A stretch of DNA of 64,000 bases from Solirubrobacterales bacterium. GTDB lineage: Bacteria; Actinomycetota; Thermoleophilia; Solirubrobacterales; 70-9. The notes under the pieces were generated by a model. It ran no database searches and was not told where the DNA came from. It worked only from the letters and a program-made list of their open reading frames with translations. Positions 16,989-25,507 of this stretch are shown piece after piece (within the stretch, counting starts at the first letter, position 1; each line of letters opens with the position of its first letter). The stretch spans positions 2,830-66,829 of the forward strand of contig DASSMM010000057.1 in assembly GCA_035688825.1 (NCBI GenBank), read 5' to 3'. Made by a program: the position numbers and the translations under genes.

Positions 16989-19579
16989 GTCCCGGCGGCC
17001 GCGAGGTGACGATCACGATCGACGGGCGCGAGGTGCCCGCGATCGAGGGCGAGATGCTCCACGACGCCGCCCGCAAGGGCGACGTCGAGATCCCCTACTT
17101 CTGTTACGAACCGAAACTCGGCGACCCGGTCGGCGCCTGCCGCATGTGCCTGGTCGAGATCGAGGGGATCCCGAAACTGCAGACCTCCTGCTCGACGCCG
17201 GTGCGCGAGGGGATGGTCGTCCACACGAGGACCGAGCAGGTCAAACACGCCCAGAGCGCGGTCGTCGAGTTCCTCCTCGTCAACCACCCGCTCGACTGCC
17301 CGGTCTGCGACAAAGGCGGCGAATGCCCGCTGCAGGACATCTCCTACGGCTGGGGCCCCGGGCAAAGCCGGGTGATCGACGAAAAGCGCCACTTCGAGAA
17401 GCCGATCGAGCTCTCGCCGCTGGTCGCGATCGACCGCGAGCGCTGCATCCTCTGCTACCGCTGCGTCCGCTTCAGCCAGGAGGTCTCCGAAGACGCCCAA
17501 CTGCAGCTGCTCGACCGCGGCGACCGCACCTACGTCGGCACCTTCGACGACCGCCCCTACGTGGCGCCCTTCCACGGCAACATCACCGACATCTGCCCGG
17601 TCGGGGCGCTGACCAGCTACACCTACCGCTTCCGCGCCCGGCCCTGGGATATCGAGCACGCCGGCTCGGTCTGCACGCTCTGCCCGAGCCAGTGCAACGT
17701 CAGCTTCACCGTCCGCGACGAGAAGGTGAAACGGGTGATCACCCGCGACAACGCCGAAGTCGACGACGGCTGGATCTGCGACCGCGGCCGCTACGGGTTC
17801 GAGATGTTCGACGCGCCCGAGCGGATCGCCGGGCCGCGGCTGAAGGGCGGCACCGAGGCCGGCTGGGAGCAGGCAATCGAGGCGGCGGCCAAGGGATTGC
17901 TGCGCGCCGACGGCAAAGTCGCAGGCGTAGTCGGCGACGCCTCCAACGAGGAGGGCTTCCTGCTGCAGCGGCTGCTCCGCGAGGCGCTCGGCTCGCCCAA
18001 CATCGACTCGCGCCCCTCGCGCGGCCCGGAGGCGGGCGTGCTGCGGCGGCTGGCCGAGCCGGACGTCTCCGCCAAGGTCCGTGACATCGACGAGGCCGAC
18101 GCGATCCTCGTCCTCGGCACCGACCCCCTGCACAGCTCGCCGATCCTCGACCTGCGGGTGCGCAAGGCGATCCGCCGCAACGGCGCCAAGCTGGTGGTCG
18201 CCACCGAGCGCCCGACCGCCCTCGACGGCGGCGCCGAGGCGATCGCCCGCTACGCGCCCGGCCAGGGAGCCCACTTCGTCGGCGAGCTGGCGGCCGCGAT
18301 CGGCGGCGCCGAGAACGTCGCCACCCCGATCGCCGGGACGCTGCGCGACGCCGAGACGGTCGTCGTCATCTGGGGCGAGCGGGTCGCCCGCGAGGACGGC
18401 GCCGCCGAGGCGCTGCTCGAGGTCGCCGCGGCGGTCGGGATGGCCGGGACCGGGGGCAGCGGCCTGCTCGAAGTCCCCGACACCACCAACGCCCGCGGCC
18501 TGCGCGAGGCCGGCTGCCTCCCCGACGCCGGCCCCGGCCTCGCGGAGGCCGCCTCCGGGATGGCGACCGAGGAGATCCGCCAGGCGCTGATCGACGGCGA
18601 GGTTTCGGGCCTGATCCTGTTCGGCGCCGACCCGTTGCGCGACTTCCCCGACACGCCCGCCTGGGAGGAGGCCCTGACCGCCGCCGACTTCGTCGTCTGC
18701 TTCTCGATGCACGAGAACGCGACCACCGCCAAGGCCGACGTCGTCTTCCCGCTCGAGAGCCACGCCGAGAAAGACGGCACCGTCACCCACCCCGACGGCC
18801 GCCTGCAGCGCGTCCGCCCCGCTGCCGGCCGCCCCGGCCAGATCCAGCCGAACGTCGTCGTGCTCGCCGAGCTGGCGAAGGCGCTCGGCCTCGACACCGG
18901 CATCGACTCGCAGCCGACCGCCTTCGCCGCGCTGACCGATGCGGTCTCCTTCTACGCGGGCATCACCGACGAGCAGATCGGCGGCCGCGGCCTGCGCTGG
19001 CAGGATCGCGAGGGCTCGACCAGCGACCGCACCGGCAACGAGGGGCCGGGTCCCGAAGGCGCCGCCGACTCCTCCGAGCAGGGCCCGACCGAGACCGGCG
19101 CCACCAGCAAAGGGCACGGCCACGAAGCAACCGAGACCGTCGGCGAGGGCTCTCCCGACATCGAGCGCGACGCGCCGATCAGCGCGGCCCAGCCCGAGCC
19201 GACCCCGGGCGGGGTCGCCTCCGGAGCGCCCGACGCGGCGGTCGGACCAGATCGGGACGGCGACTCCCTGCTCCTCGGCACCTACCGCGACCTCTGGGCC
19301 GGCCCGGTCACCGAGCTGAACCCGCCGCTGAGGTTCCTCACCCCCCGGCAGCGCGTCGAGATCTCCCCCGCCGACGCCGAGGGGCTCGGCCTGCGCTCGG
19401 GCGACCGGGTCCGCGTCTCCCAGAACGGCGCCGGGGTCGAAGCCGAAGTCCACGTCAAAGAGCGCGTCTCGAAGGGCGTCGTCTTCATGGCCGAGGGAGT
19501 CCTCGACGGCAACGCCAACGCCCTCCTGAACGGCGGCCCGGTCCAGGTCCAGATCGAGAAGCCGAGCGAGGTCCGATGA
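16985..19579 (+). CDS. nuoG: NADH-quinone oxidoreductase subunit G (with acidic low-complexity insert)
   Basis: ATG 16985. CYEPKLGDPVGACRMCLVE, HPLDCPVCDKGGECPLQD, CILCYRCVRF, then a molybdopterin-like domain. Insert at about 19015..19265. Confidence 0.95.
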   Translation: MSPGGREVTITIDGREVPAIEGEMLHDAARKGDVEIPYFCYEPKLGDPVGACRMCLVEIEGIPKLQTSCSTPVREGMVVHTRTEQVKHAQSAVVEFLLVNHPLDCPVCDKGGECPLQDISYGWGPGQSRVIDEKRHFEKPIELSPLVAIDRERCILCYRCVRFSQEVSEDAQLQLLDRGDRTYVGTFDDRPYVAPFHGNITDICPVGALTSYTYRFRARPWDIEHAGSVCTLCPSQCNVSFTVRDEKVKRVITRDNAEVDDGWICDRGRYGFEMFDAPERIAGPRLKGGTEAGWEQAIEAAAKGLLRADGKVAGVVGDASNEEGFLLQRLLREALGSPNIDSRPSRGPEAGVLRRLAEPDVSAKVRDIDEADAILVLGTDPLHSSPILDLRVRKAIRRNGAKLVVATERPTALDGGAEAIARYAPGQGAHFVGELAAAIGGAENVATPIAGTLRDAETVVVIWGERVAREDGAAEALLEVAAAVGMAGTGGSGLLEVPDTTNARGLREAGCLPDAGPGLAEAASGMATEEIRQALIDGEVSGLILFGADPLRDFPDTPAWEEALTAADFVVCFSMHENATTAKADVVFPLESHAEKDGTVTHPDGRLQRVRPAAGRPGQIQPNVVVLAELAKALGLDTGIDSQPTAFAALTDAVSFYAGITDEQIGGRGLRWQDREGSTSDRTGNEGPGPEGAADSSEQGPTETGATSKGHGHEATETVGEGSPDIERDAPISAAQPEPTPGGVASGAPDAAVGPDRDGDSLLLGTYRDLWAGPVTELNPPLRFLTPRQRVEISPADAEGLGLRSGDRVRVSQNGAGVEAEVHVKERVSKGVVFMAEGVLDGNANALLNGGPVQVQIEKPSEVR

Positions 19580-20574
19580 TCCCCCTCGCCGACACCCAGT
19601 TCGTCGAAGCGACCTGGATCATGATCGTCAAGAGCATCGTCATCTTCGGCGTCATCTTCGGCATCCTGCCGCTGCTGACGGTGCTAGAGCGGAAGCTGAT
19701 CGGCCGCTTCCAGCACCGCTACGGCCCCAACCGGGTCGGCCCCTACGGGCTCCTGCAGCCGCTCGCCGACGTCGGCAAGCTGATCTCCAAGGAGTCCTTC
19801 CGCCCCGAGAACGCGGTCTCGACCCTGTTCATCCTCGGCCCGCTGTTGCCGGTCCTGGCAGGCGTCCTCTCGCTGGCGATCATCCCCTGGGGCGACGTCC
19901 AGGGCGGGGTCGGCTTCTACGGCATCGACGTACCGATCGGCATCCTCTACTTCTTTGCCGTCGGCTCGATCGCCTTCTACGGTCTCCTCCTCGGCGGCTG
20001 GTCCTCGGGCTCCAAATACAGCCTCCTGGGGGCGATGCGCTCGGCCGCGCAGCTGATCTCCTACGAGGTCAGCATGGGCCTCGCCCTGCTCGGCGTGATC
20101 ATGATGAGCGGCTCGCTCTCGCTGGTCTCGATCGTCCACTCGCAAGGCGGCCTCTGGTTCATCGTCCCGCAGTTCGTCGGCTTCCTGATCTTCATGCTCG
20201 CCGGCTTCGCCGAGACCAACCGCACCCCCTTCGACATGCCCGAGGCCGACGCCGAGCTGGTCCAGGGGTTCATGACCGAGTACGGCGGCATGCGCTTCGG
20301 CTCCTTCCTGCTGGTCGAATACATGGAGATCCTGGTCGTCTCCGGGATCGCCGCGGCGATGTTCCTCGGCGGCTGGATGGGCCCCGGCCCGAGCTTCCTC
20401 GACCCGATCTGGATGCTGGCGAAGATGCTCGCCCTCGTCCTCCTCTTCATCTGGATCAGGGCGACGCTGCCGCGCTTGCGATATGACCAGCTGATGAGCC
20501 TGGGATGGAAGGTCCTGCTGCCGCTGGCGACGCTGAACGTCCTCGTCACCGCGGTCCTGGTGGTGGTCACGTGA
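19576..20574 (+). CDS. nuoH: NADH-quinone oxidoreductase subunit H
   Basis: 332 aa. RKLIGRFQHRYGPNRVGPYGLLQPLADVGKL, AETNRTPFDMPEAD(A)ELV. Confidence 0.97.
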   Translation: MIPLADTQFVEATWIMIVKSIVIFGVIFGILPLLTVLERKLIGRFQHRYGPNRVGPYGLLQPLADVGKLISKESFRPENAVSTLFILGPLLPVLAGVLSLAIIPWGDVQGGVGFYGIDVPIGILYFFAVGSIAFYGLLLGGWSSGSKYSLLGAMRSAAQLISYEVSMGLALLGVIMMSGSLSLVSIVHSQGGLWFIVPQFVGFLIFMLAGFAETNRTPFDMPEADAELVQGFMTEYGGMRFGSFLLVEYMEILVVSGIAAAMFLGGWMGPGPSFLDPIWMLAKMLALVLLFIWIRATLPRLRYDQLMSLGWKVLLPLATLNVLVTAVLVVVT

Positions 20575-21125
20575 GCGTCGACTCCCGCAGCGCCTCCTAC
20601 CTCGACTCGATCGACGTCGTCGAGGTCCAGCGCGGCCCAGAGCCGGGCGGTCTCGGCGGCACCTGGCGAGCCTTCGGTGAGACCCTGCGGGGGCTGAAGA
20701 CGACGATGGCGCGGCTGGTCGAGGGGCCGATGACGATCGAGTACCCCGAGGAGAAGACGCCGGTCTACCCGCGCTTCCGCGGCCGCCACAAACTCCACAA
20801 GTTCGAGGACACCGGCCTCGAGAAATGCGTCGGCTGCTCGCTCTGCGCCGCCGCCTGCCCGGCCGACTGCATCCGTGTCGTCGCCGCCGAGAACATCCCC
20901 GGCGAGCGGGTCTCGGCGGGCGAGCGCTACGCCGCCGTCTACGAGATCAACCTCAGCCGCTGCATCTTCTGCGGCTACTGCGAGATCGCCTGTCCCTTCG
21001 ACGCGATCACGATGGGCCACGACTACGAGATGGCCGACTACGACCGCCGCGACCTGATCTTCACCAAGGAGATGCTGCTGGCGGAGCCGGTCGAGCGGAC
21101 GCCGCTGAAAAGCGAGGGCGAATAG
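20571..21125 (+). CDS. nuoI: NADH-quinone oxidoreductase subunit I
   Basis: GTG 20571 overlaps the nuoH stop (GTGA). Two 4Fe-4S motifs, CVGCSLCAAACP and CIFCGYCEIACP. Confidence 0.93.
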   Translation: MSVDSRSASYLDSIDVVEVQRGPEPGGLGGTWRAFGETLRGLKTTMARLVEGPMTIEYPEEKTPVYPRFRGRHKLHKFEDTGLEKCVGCSLCAAACPADCIRVVAAENIPGERVSAGERYAAVYEINLSRCIFCGYCEIACPFDAITMGHDYEMADYDRRDLIFTKEMLLAEPVERTPLKSEGE

Positions 21126-21703
21126 TGGAAGCGGTGGTCTTCTTTGTCGCCGCGATCGGCGCGCTCGGCGGTGCGATCGGCGTGATCGCGATGCGCAACC
21201 CCTTCTACTCGGTGCTGGCGCTGATCGTCCACCTGTTCAGCCTGGCGGCGCTGTTCCTGCTCCTGACCTCGGCCTTCGTCGCCGCCGCCCAGGTGGTCGT
21301 CTACGCCGGCGCGGTGATGGTCCTCTACGTCTTCGTGGTCGCCTACGTGGGGGGCGGCGGCGAGTCGGCCTGGGAGCCGATCCCCGGCCAGCGCTTCCTC
21401 GCCCCCCTCCTCGCCATCGCCCTCTTCGTCGAGCTCTCGATCGCCGTCCTGGGGTCCGCTCTGAAGGCACTGGAAACGGACGGCCCCGAAGTATCAGCTG
21501 GCTTCGGAGACCCGGCTGCCATAGGAAGGCTGCTGCTGGAAAAGTTCCTGCTGCCTTTTGAGGCGAGCTCGATCCTGCTCCTCCTCGCTGCGGTAGGAGC
21601 AATAGTCCTCGCGGCTCGGCGCCGTGAGGCGGAGGGGGAGGCCCCCTCCAAACACTCCCCAACCCGTTTGGAGGGGGCCTCCCCCTCCGCCCCCAACGCA
21701 TGA
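21125..21703 (+). CDS. nuoJ: NADH-quinone oxidoreductase subunit J (C-terminus supplied by a palindromic element)
   Basis: GTG 21125. VEAVVFFVAAIGALGGAIGVIAMRNPFYSVLALIVH..., FLLPFEASSILLLLAAVGAIVLA. The tail EAEGEAPSKHSPTRLEGASPSAPNA is encoded by 21628..21691. Confidence 0.9.
   Translation: MEAVVFFVAAIGALGGAIGVIAMRNPFYSVLALIVHLFSLAALFLLLTSAFVAAAQVVVYAGAVMVLYVFVVAYVGGGGESAWEPIPGQRFLAPLLAIALFVELSIAVLGSALKALETDGPEVSAGFGDPAAIGRLLLEKFLLPFEASSILLLLAAVGAIVLAARRREAEGEAPSKHSPTRLEGASPSAPNA
21628..21691. repeat. 64-bp palindromic element (perfect 26-bp arms) at the nuoJ 3' end
   Basis: GGCGGAGGGGGAGGCCCCCTCCAAAC-12 nt-GTTTGGAGGGGGCCTCCCCCTCCGCC. Each arm is itself self-complementary (GGAGGGGG/CCCCCTCC). 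Confidence 0.92.
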
Positions 21704-21999
21704 ACATCGAGTGGTACATCGTCCTCAGCTCGTTGCTCTTCGCCACCGGCGTCCTCGGCATCCTGCTCCGCCGCTCGCCGATGGTGATCCTGCTCTGCCT
21801 GGAGTTGATGCTGAACGCCGGCAACCTCGCCCTCGTCGCCTTCAGCCGCATGGTCGGCAACGAGCAGGGTCAGGTCTTCGCGGTGATCGTGATGGTGATC
21901 GCCGCCTGCGAGGTCGTCGTCGGCCTCGGCCTGATCGTCGCGATCTTCCGCCGCCGCCTGCCGCTCAACGTCGACGACCTGCGGGAGCTGCGCGGATGA
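21700..21999 (+). CDS. nuoK: NADH-quinone oxidoreductase subunit K
   Basis: 99 aa, 3 TM, LLCLELMLNAGNLALVAF. ATG overlaps the nuoJ stop. Confidence 0.95.
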   Translation: MNIEWYIVLSSLLFATGVLGILLRRSPMVILLCLELMLNAGNLALVAFSRMVGNEQGQVFAVIVMVIAACEVVVGLGLIVAIFRRRLPLNVDDLRELRG

Positions 22000-24005
22000 G
22001 CGGCACCGCCTGGGCCTGGCTGGTCCTGCTCTTCCCGCTGCTCGGCTCGATCGCGATCGCACTGGGCTACCGGACGCTGCCGCAGAAGGCCGCCGGGATG
22101 ATCGGCACTGCCGCGATCGGCCTCTCCTTCGCCTGCGGCGTCGCCGCGCTGCTCAGCCTGCTCGGCGAAGACGCCGAGGCGCGCCACCACGCCTCCTCGC
22201 TCTGGGACTACGCCAGCGTCGCCGGCCTCGACATCAAGCTCGGGATCTTCCTCGACCCGCTCTCGGTCTTCATGGTCCTCGTCGTCACCGGCGTCTCGAC
22301 CCTGATCCACCTCTACTCCTACGGCTACATGCAGTCCGACGAGGGCTACCACCGCTTCTTCAGCTTCCTCAACTTCTTCGTCTTCTCGATGCTCTTGCTG
22401 GTGCTGGCGGGCAACTTCGTCCTCCTGATCGTCGGCTGGGCCTTCGTCGGCTTCGCCTCCTACGCGCTGATCAGCTTCTGGTACCGGCGCGAGACGGCGA
22501 CGCGGGCGGGGATGAAGGCCTTCGTGATCAACGTCGTCGGCGACATCGGCCTCGTCCTCGCCGCCTTCCTGATCTTCCGCGAACTCGGCAGCTTCGACTA
22601 CGGCGAGGTCTTCGAGAAAGCGCCGCAGGTCTTCAGCGTCAACGAGTGGAGCGTCACCGCGATCTGCCTGCTGCTTCTGGTCGGCGCCTTCGCCAAGTCC
22701 GCCCAGCTCCCGCTCCACACCTGGCTGCCGGACGCGATGGAGGGACCGACCCCGGTCTCCTCGCTGATCCACGCGGCGACGATGGTCACCGCCGGCGTCT
22801 ACCTGATCGCCCGCACCCACGTCCTCTTCGAACTCGCCCCGACCGCCGCCGACATCAGCGCCTTCGTCGGCCTGGCGACGCTGCTGGTCGCGGCGACGAT
22901 GGCGCTGGTGATGACCGACCTGAAGCGGGCGATCGCCTACTCGACGATGAGCCAGATCGGCTACATGATCATGGGCGTCTCGATCGGCGCCTACAGCGCC
23001 GGGATGTTCCACCTGATGACCCACGCCTTCTTCAAGGCCCTGCTGTTCATGGCTGCCGGCTCGATCATCGCCGCGATGGCCAACGACCAGAACATCGACC
23101 GGATGAGCGGCTTCGGCAAGGCGATGCGCTTCACCTCGATCACCTTCGTCTGCGGCGCCCTCGCCCTCGCCGCCTTCCCCGGCACCTCCGGCTTCTTCTC
23201 CAAGGACGAGATCCTCGCCTTCGCCGAGGCGCGCGGGGGGATGTACCTGATCTTCACCGTGCTCGGCTACGTCGGCGCCCTGATGACCGCCGTCTACAGC
23301 TTCCGCCTCGTCTTCCGGGTCCTGCCGGGGAAACCGTGCACGGAGGCGCAGGAGCTGATCGACACCGGCCACGTCGCCCACGAGGCGCCGAAGAACCCGG
23401 CTACCGGCGAGCCCGAGGACACCGACGTCGGCTTCCCCGGCCCCGAGCACCACATCGCCGAGCAGTCGGCGCCGATGCGGGTGGCGATGGGAGTCCTCGC
23501 CTTCGGCGCGATCTTCGCCGGACTCGTCCAGATCCCCGGCGTCGACGACGTCGTCACCAAGTTCCTCGACCCGGTCTGGGAGGGATCGCCGCTGGCGGCG
23601 ATCGAGCCCTCGCTGGGAGAGGATTACCTCGGGCTCGGCATCGGCGGCGTGATCGCCCTGCTCGGGATCGGGATCGCCTACGTCCTCTACGTCGCCCGGC
23701 CGGAGCTGCCGCGCCGGGTCGAACAGCGACTGCGCCCGCTCCACACCCTTTTCGTCAACAAGTGGTACTTCGACGAGGCGATCGACTTCCTCGTCGTCCG
23801 CCCGGCGCTGGCGATCGGCCGCTTCGCCAACCGCGTCTTCGAGCGCTTCGTCGTCGACGGGCTGGTCACCGGCACCGAGGAGACGGTGCGCGGCGCCGGC
23901 GGCATCGTCAGCCGGGTCCAGAACGGCTTCGTCCGCAGCTACGCGCTGCTCCTGATCGCCGGCTTCGCCGGCCTCGGCCTCTACTTCCTGCTGAGCAGCT
24001 CATGA
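21996..24005 (+). CDS. nuoL: NADH-quinone oxidoreductase subunit L
   Basis: ATG 21996 (MSGTAWAWLVLLFPLLGS). WLPDAMEGPTPVSSLIHAATMVTAGVYL. Confidence 0.95.
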   Translation: MSGTAWAWLVLLFPLLGSIAIALGYRTLPQKAAGMIGTAAIGLSFACGVAALLSLLGEDAEARHHASSLWDYASVAGLDIKLGIFLDPLSVFMVLVVTGVSTLIHLYSYGYMQSDEGYHRFFSFLNFFVFSMLLLVLAGNFVLLIVGWAFVGFASYALISFWYRRETATRAGMKAFVINVVGDIGLVLAAFLIFRELGSFDYGEVFEKAPQVFSVNEWSVTAICLLLLVGAFAKSAQLPLHTWLPDAMEGPTPVSSLIHAATMVTAGVYLIARTHVLFELAPTAADISAFVGLATLLVAATMALVMTDLKRAIAYSTMSQIGYMIMGVSIGAYSAGMFHLMTHAFFKALLFMAAGSIIAAMANDQNIDRMSGFGKAMRFTSITFVCGALALAAFPGTSGFFSKDEILAFAEARGGMYLIFTVLGYVGALMTAVYSFRLVFRVLPGKPCTEAQELIDTGHVAHEAPKNPATGEPEDTDVGFPGPEHHIAEQSAPMRVAMGVLAFGAIFAGLVQIPGVDDVVTKFLDPVWEGSPLAAIEPSLGEDYLGLGIGGVIALLGIGIAYVLYVARPELPRRVEQRLRPLHTLFVNKWYFDEAIDFLVVRPALAIGRFANRVFERFVVDGLVTGTEETVRGAGGIVSRVQNGFVRSYALLLIAGFAGLGLYFLLSSS

Positions 24006-25507
24006 TCAACGTCCTCCTCTGGGCCCCCCTCGCCTTCGGCCTCGTCGGCCTCTTCCTGCCCCGCCGCGCGGCCGGGCCGTGGGCGGTGCTCGGGGCGCTG
24101 GTCACGCTCGGTGTCGCGGTCGGGATGACGATCGGCTTCGACGGCGGCGACTCCGGCCTCCAGTATGTCGAGAACACGCCCTGGATCTCGGGGCTCGGCG
24201 TCGACTACAGCCTCGGCCTCGACGGGCTCAACCTCTTCCTCGTCCTGCTGACCGCGCTGCTGTGGACCGGCGGCGTCGCCTTTGCCGCCTTCCGCGACTA
24301 CGAGCGGCCGAAGACCTTCTTCTTCGCGATGCTGGTCGCCGAGACGGCGACGCTCGGCTCCTTCCTCGCCCAGGACCTGCTGCTCTTCGTCCTCTTCTTC
24401 GACTTCATGCTGGTGCCGTTCTACTTCCTCTTCGGCGCCTGGGGCCACGACCGCACCGCCGAGGGCGGGCCGACCGCCTCCGCGGCGACGCTGAAGATGA
24501 TCGTCTACACCCTGATCGGCTCGCTGCTGATGCTGGTGGCGGCGATCGCGACGGCGATCATCTCCGCCGACGGCGGCCACCTCACCTTCTCGATCCAGGC
24601 GCTTCAGGAACAGGGGATCGGGCTCGGCAGCCAGCGCTGGATCTTCTGGTTCTTCGCCGCCGCCTTCCTGGTCAAGATGCCGGCCTTCCTCCTGCACGGC
24701 TGGATGCCCGACGCCTACCGGGCGGCGCCGCTGCCGGCGCTGGCGGTCTTCTCCGGGGTGCTGGCGAAGGTCGGCGCCTACGGCTTCCTGCGGATCGTGC
24801 TGCCGCTGTTCCCGGAAGCGACGGTGGAATTCCAGGAGGTGGTCCTGGTGATCGCCCTGGCCTCGATCCTCTACGGCTCGGTGATGGCCTTCACCCAGAC
24901 CAACGTGCGGCTGATCGCCGGCTACTCCTCGGTCGCCCAGCTCGGCTTCATCACCGCCGGCATCTTCGCCCTGCGCGCCGACGGGGCCGACGGGGCGGTC
25001 CTGCAGATGGTCAACCACGGCCTGGTCGTCGCCCCGGTCTTCGTCATCGTCGCGATCCTGCTCGAGCGGACCGGGACCGAAGACATCCGCGAGATGGGCG
25101 GGATGGCGCTGCGGGCGCCGGTGCTGGCGGCGCTCTTCCTGATCGTCGCCCTGGCGACCCTGGCGATGCCGGGCTCCTCGAACTTCGTCGGCGAGTTCTA
25201 CATACTCAACGGCCTCTTCCAGGCGAAGATCGTCTTCGCCTTCATCGCGATCAGCGGCGTCGCGATGTCGGCCTACTACGCCCTGCGCCTCTACCAGGGG
25301 ACGATGCACAACAGGAAGCCGGAGGGGCTCCTCTCGCGCGAGATCGGCCGGCGCGACGCGGTGGTCCTGGTCCCGCTCGTCCTCTGCATCCTCGCCCTCG
25401 CCCTCTACCCGCAGCTGATCCTGAAGCGGACCAACCCGAGCGTCGAGCAGACGATCGCCACGGTGACCGGCGGCTCGGCCCCCAACGGAAAGCTCGCAGA
25501 GAAATGA
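24002..25507 (+). CDS. nuoM: NADH-quinone oxidoreductase subunit M
   Basis: ATG 24002 (MINVLLWAPLAFG). LHGWMPDAYRAAPLPALAVFSGVLAKVGAYG. Confidence 0.95.
   Translation: MINVLLWAPLAFGLVGLFLPRRAAGPWAVLGALVTLGVAVGMTIGFDGGDSGLQYVENTPWISGLGVDYSLGLDGLNLFLVLLTALLWTGGVAFAAFRDYERPKTFFFAMLVAETATLGSFLAQDLLLFVLFFDFMLVPFYFLFGAWGHDRTAEGGPTASAATLKMIVYTLIGSLLMLVAAIATAIISADGGHLTFSIQALQEQGIGLGSQRWIFWFFAAAFLVKMPAFLLHGWMPDAYRAAPLPALAVFSGVLAKVGAYGFLRIVLPLFPEATVEFQEVVLVIALASILYGSVMAFTQTNVRLIAGYSSVAQLGFITAGIFALRADGADGAVLQMVNHGLVVAPVFVIVAILLERTGTEDIREMGGMALRAPVLAALFLIVALATLAMPGSSNFVGEFYILNGLFQAKIVFAFIAISGVAMSAYYALRLYQGTMHNRKPEGLLSREIGRRDAVVLVPLVLCILALALYPQLILKRTNPSVEQTIATVTGGSAPNGKLAEK

Noticed and set aside
16682-19453. 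Very long antisense or alternative-frame ORFs in the track (e.g. 16682..19453 -, 58113..61829 -, 49378..51264 -, 1809..4118 +, 21870..23744 -, 25849..27375 -).
   Set aside because: Their translations are Arg/Gly/Ala/Pro/Asp-rich low-complexity strings with no motifs. They lie exactly opposite or out of frame to genes with unmistakable family signatures (nuoG, E1o, gltA, ABC permease, nuoL, nuoN). This is typical stop-codon-poor shadow-frame behaviour in high-GC DNA.
15040-25507. Overlapping start/stop codons throughout the nuo operon (ATGA, GTGA, 4-8-nt overlaps), considered as possible frameshifts or fusions.
   Set aside because: Each subunit has an in-frame start at the junction and full-length conserved motifs. 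These are ordinary translational-coupling overlaps, not frameshifted genes.
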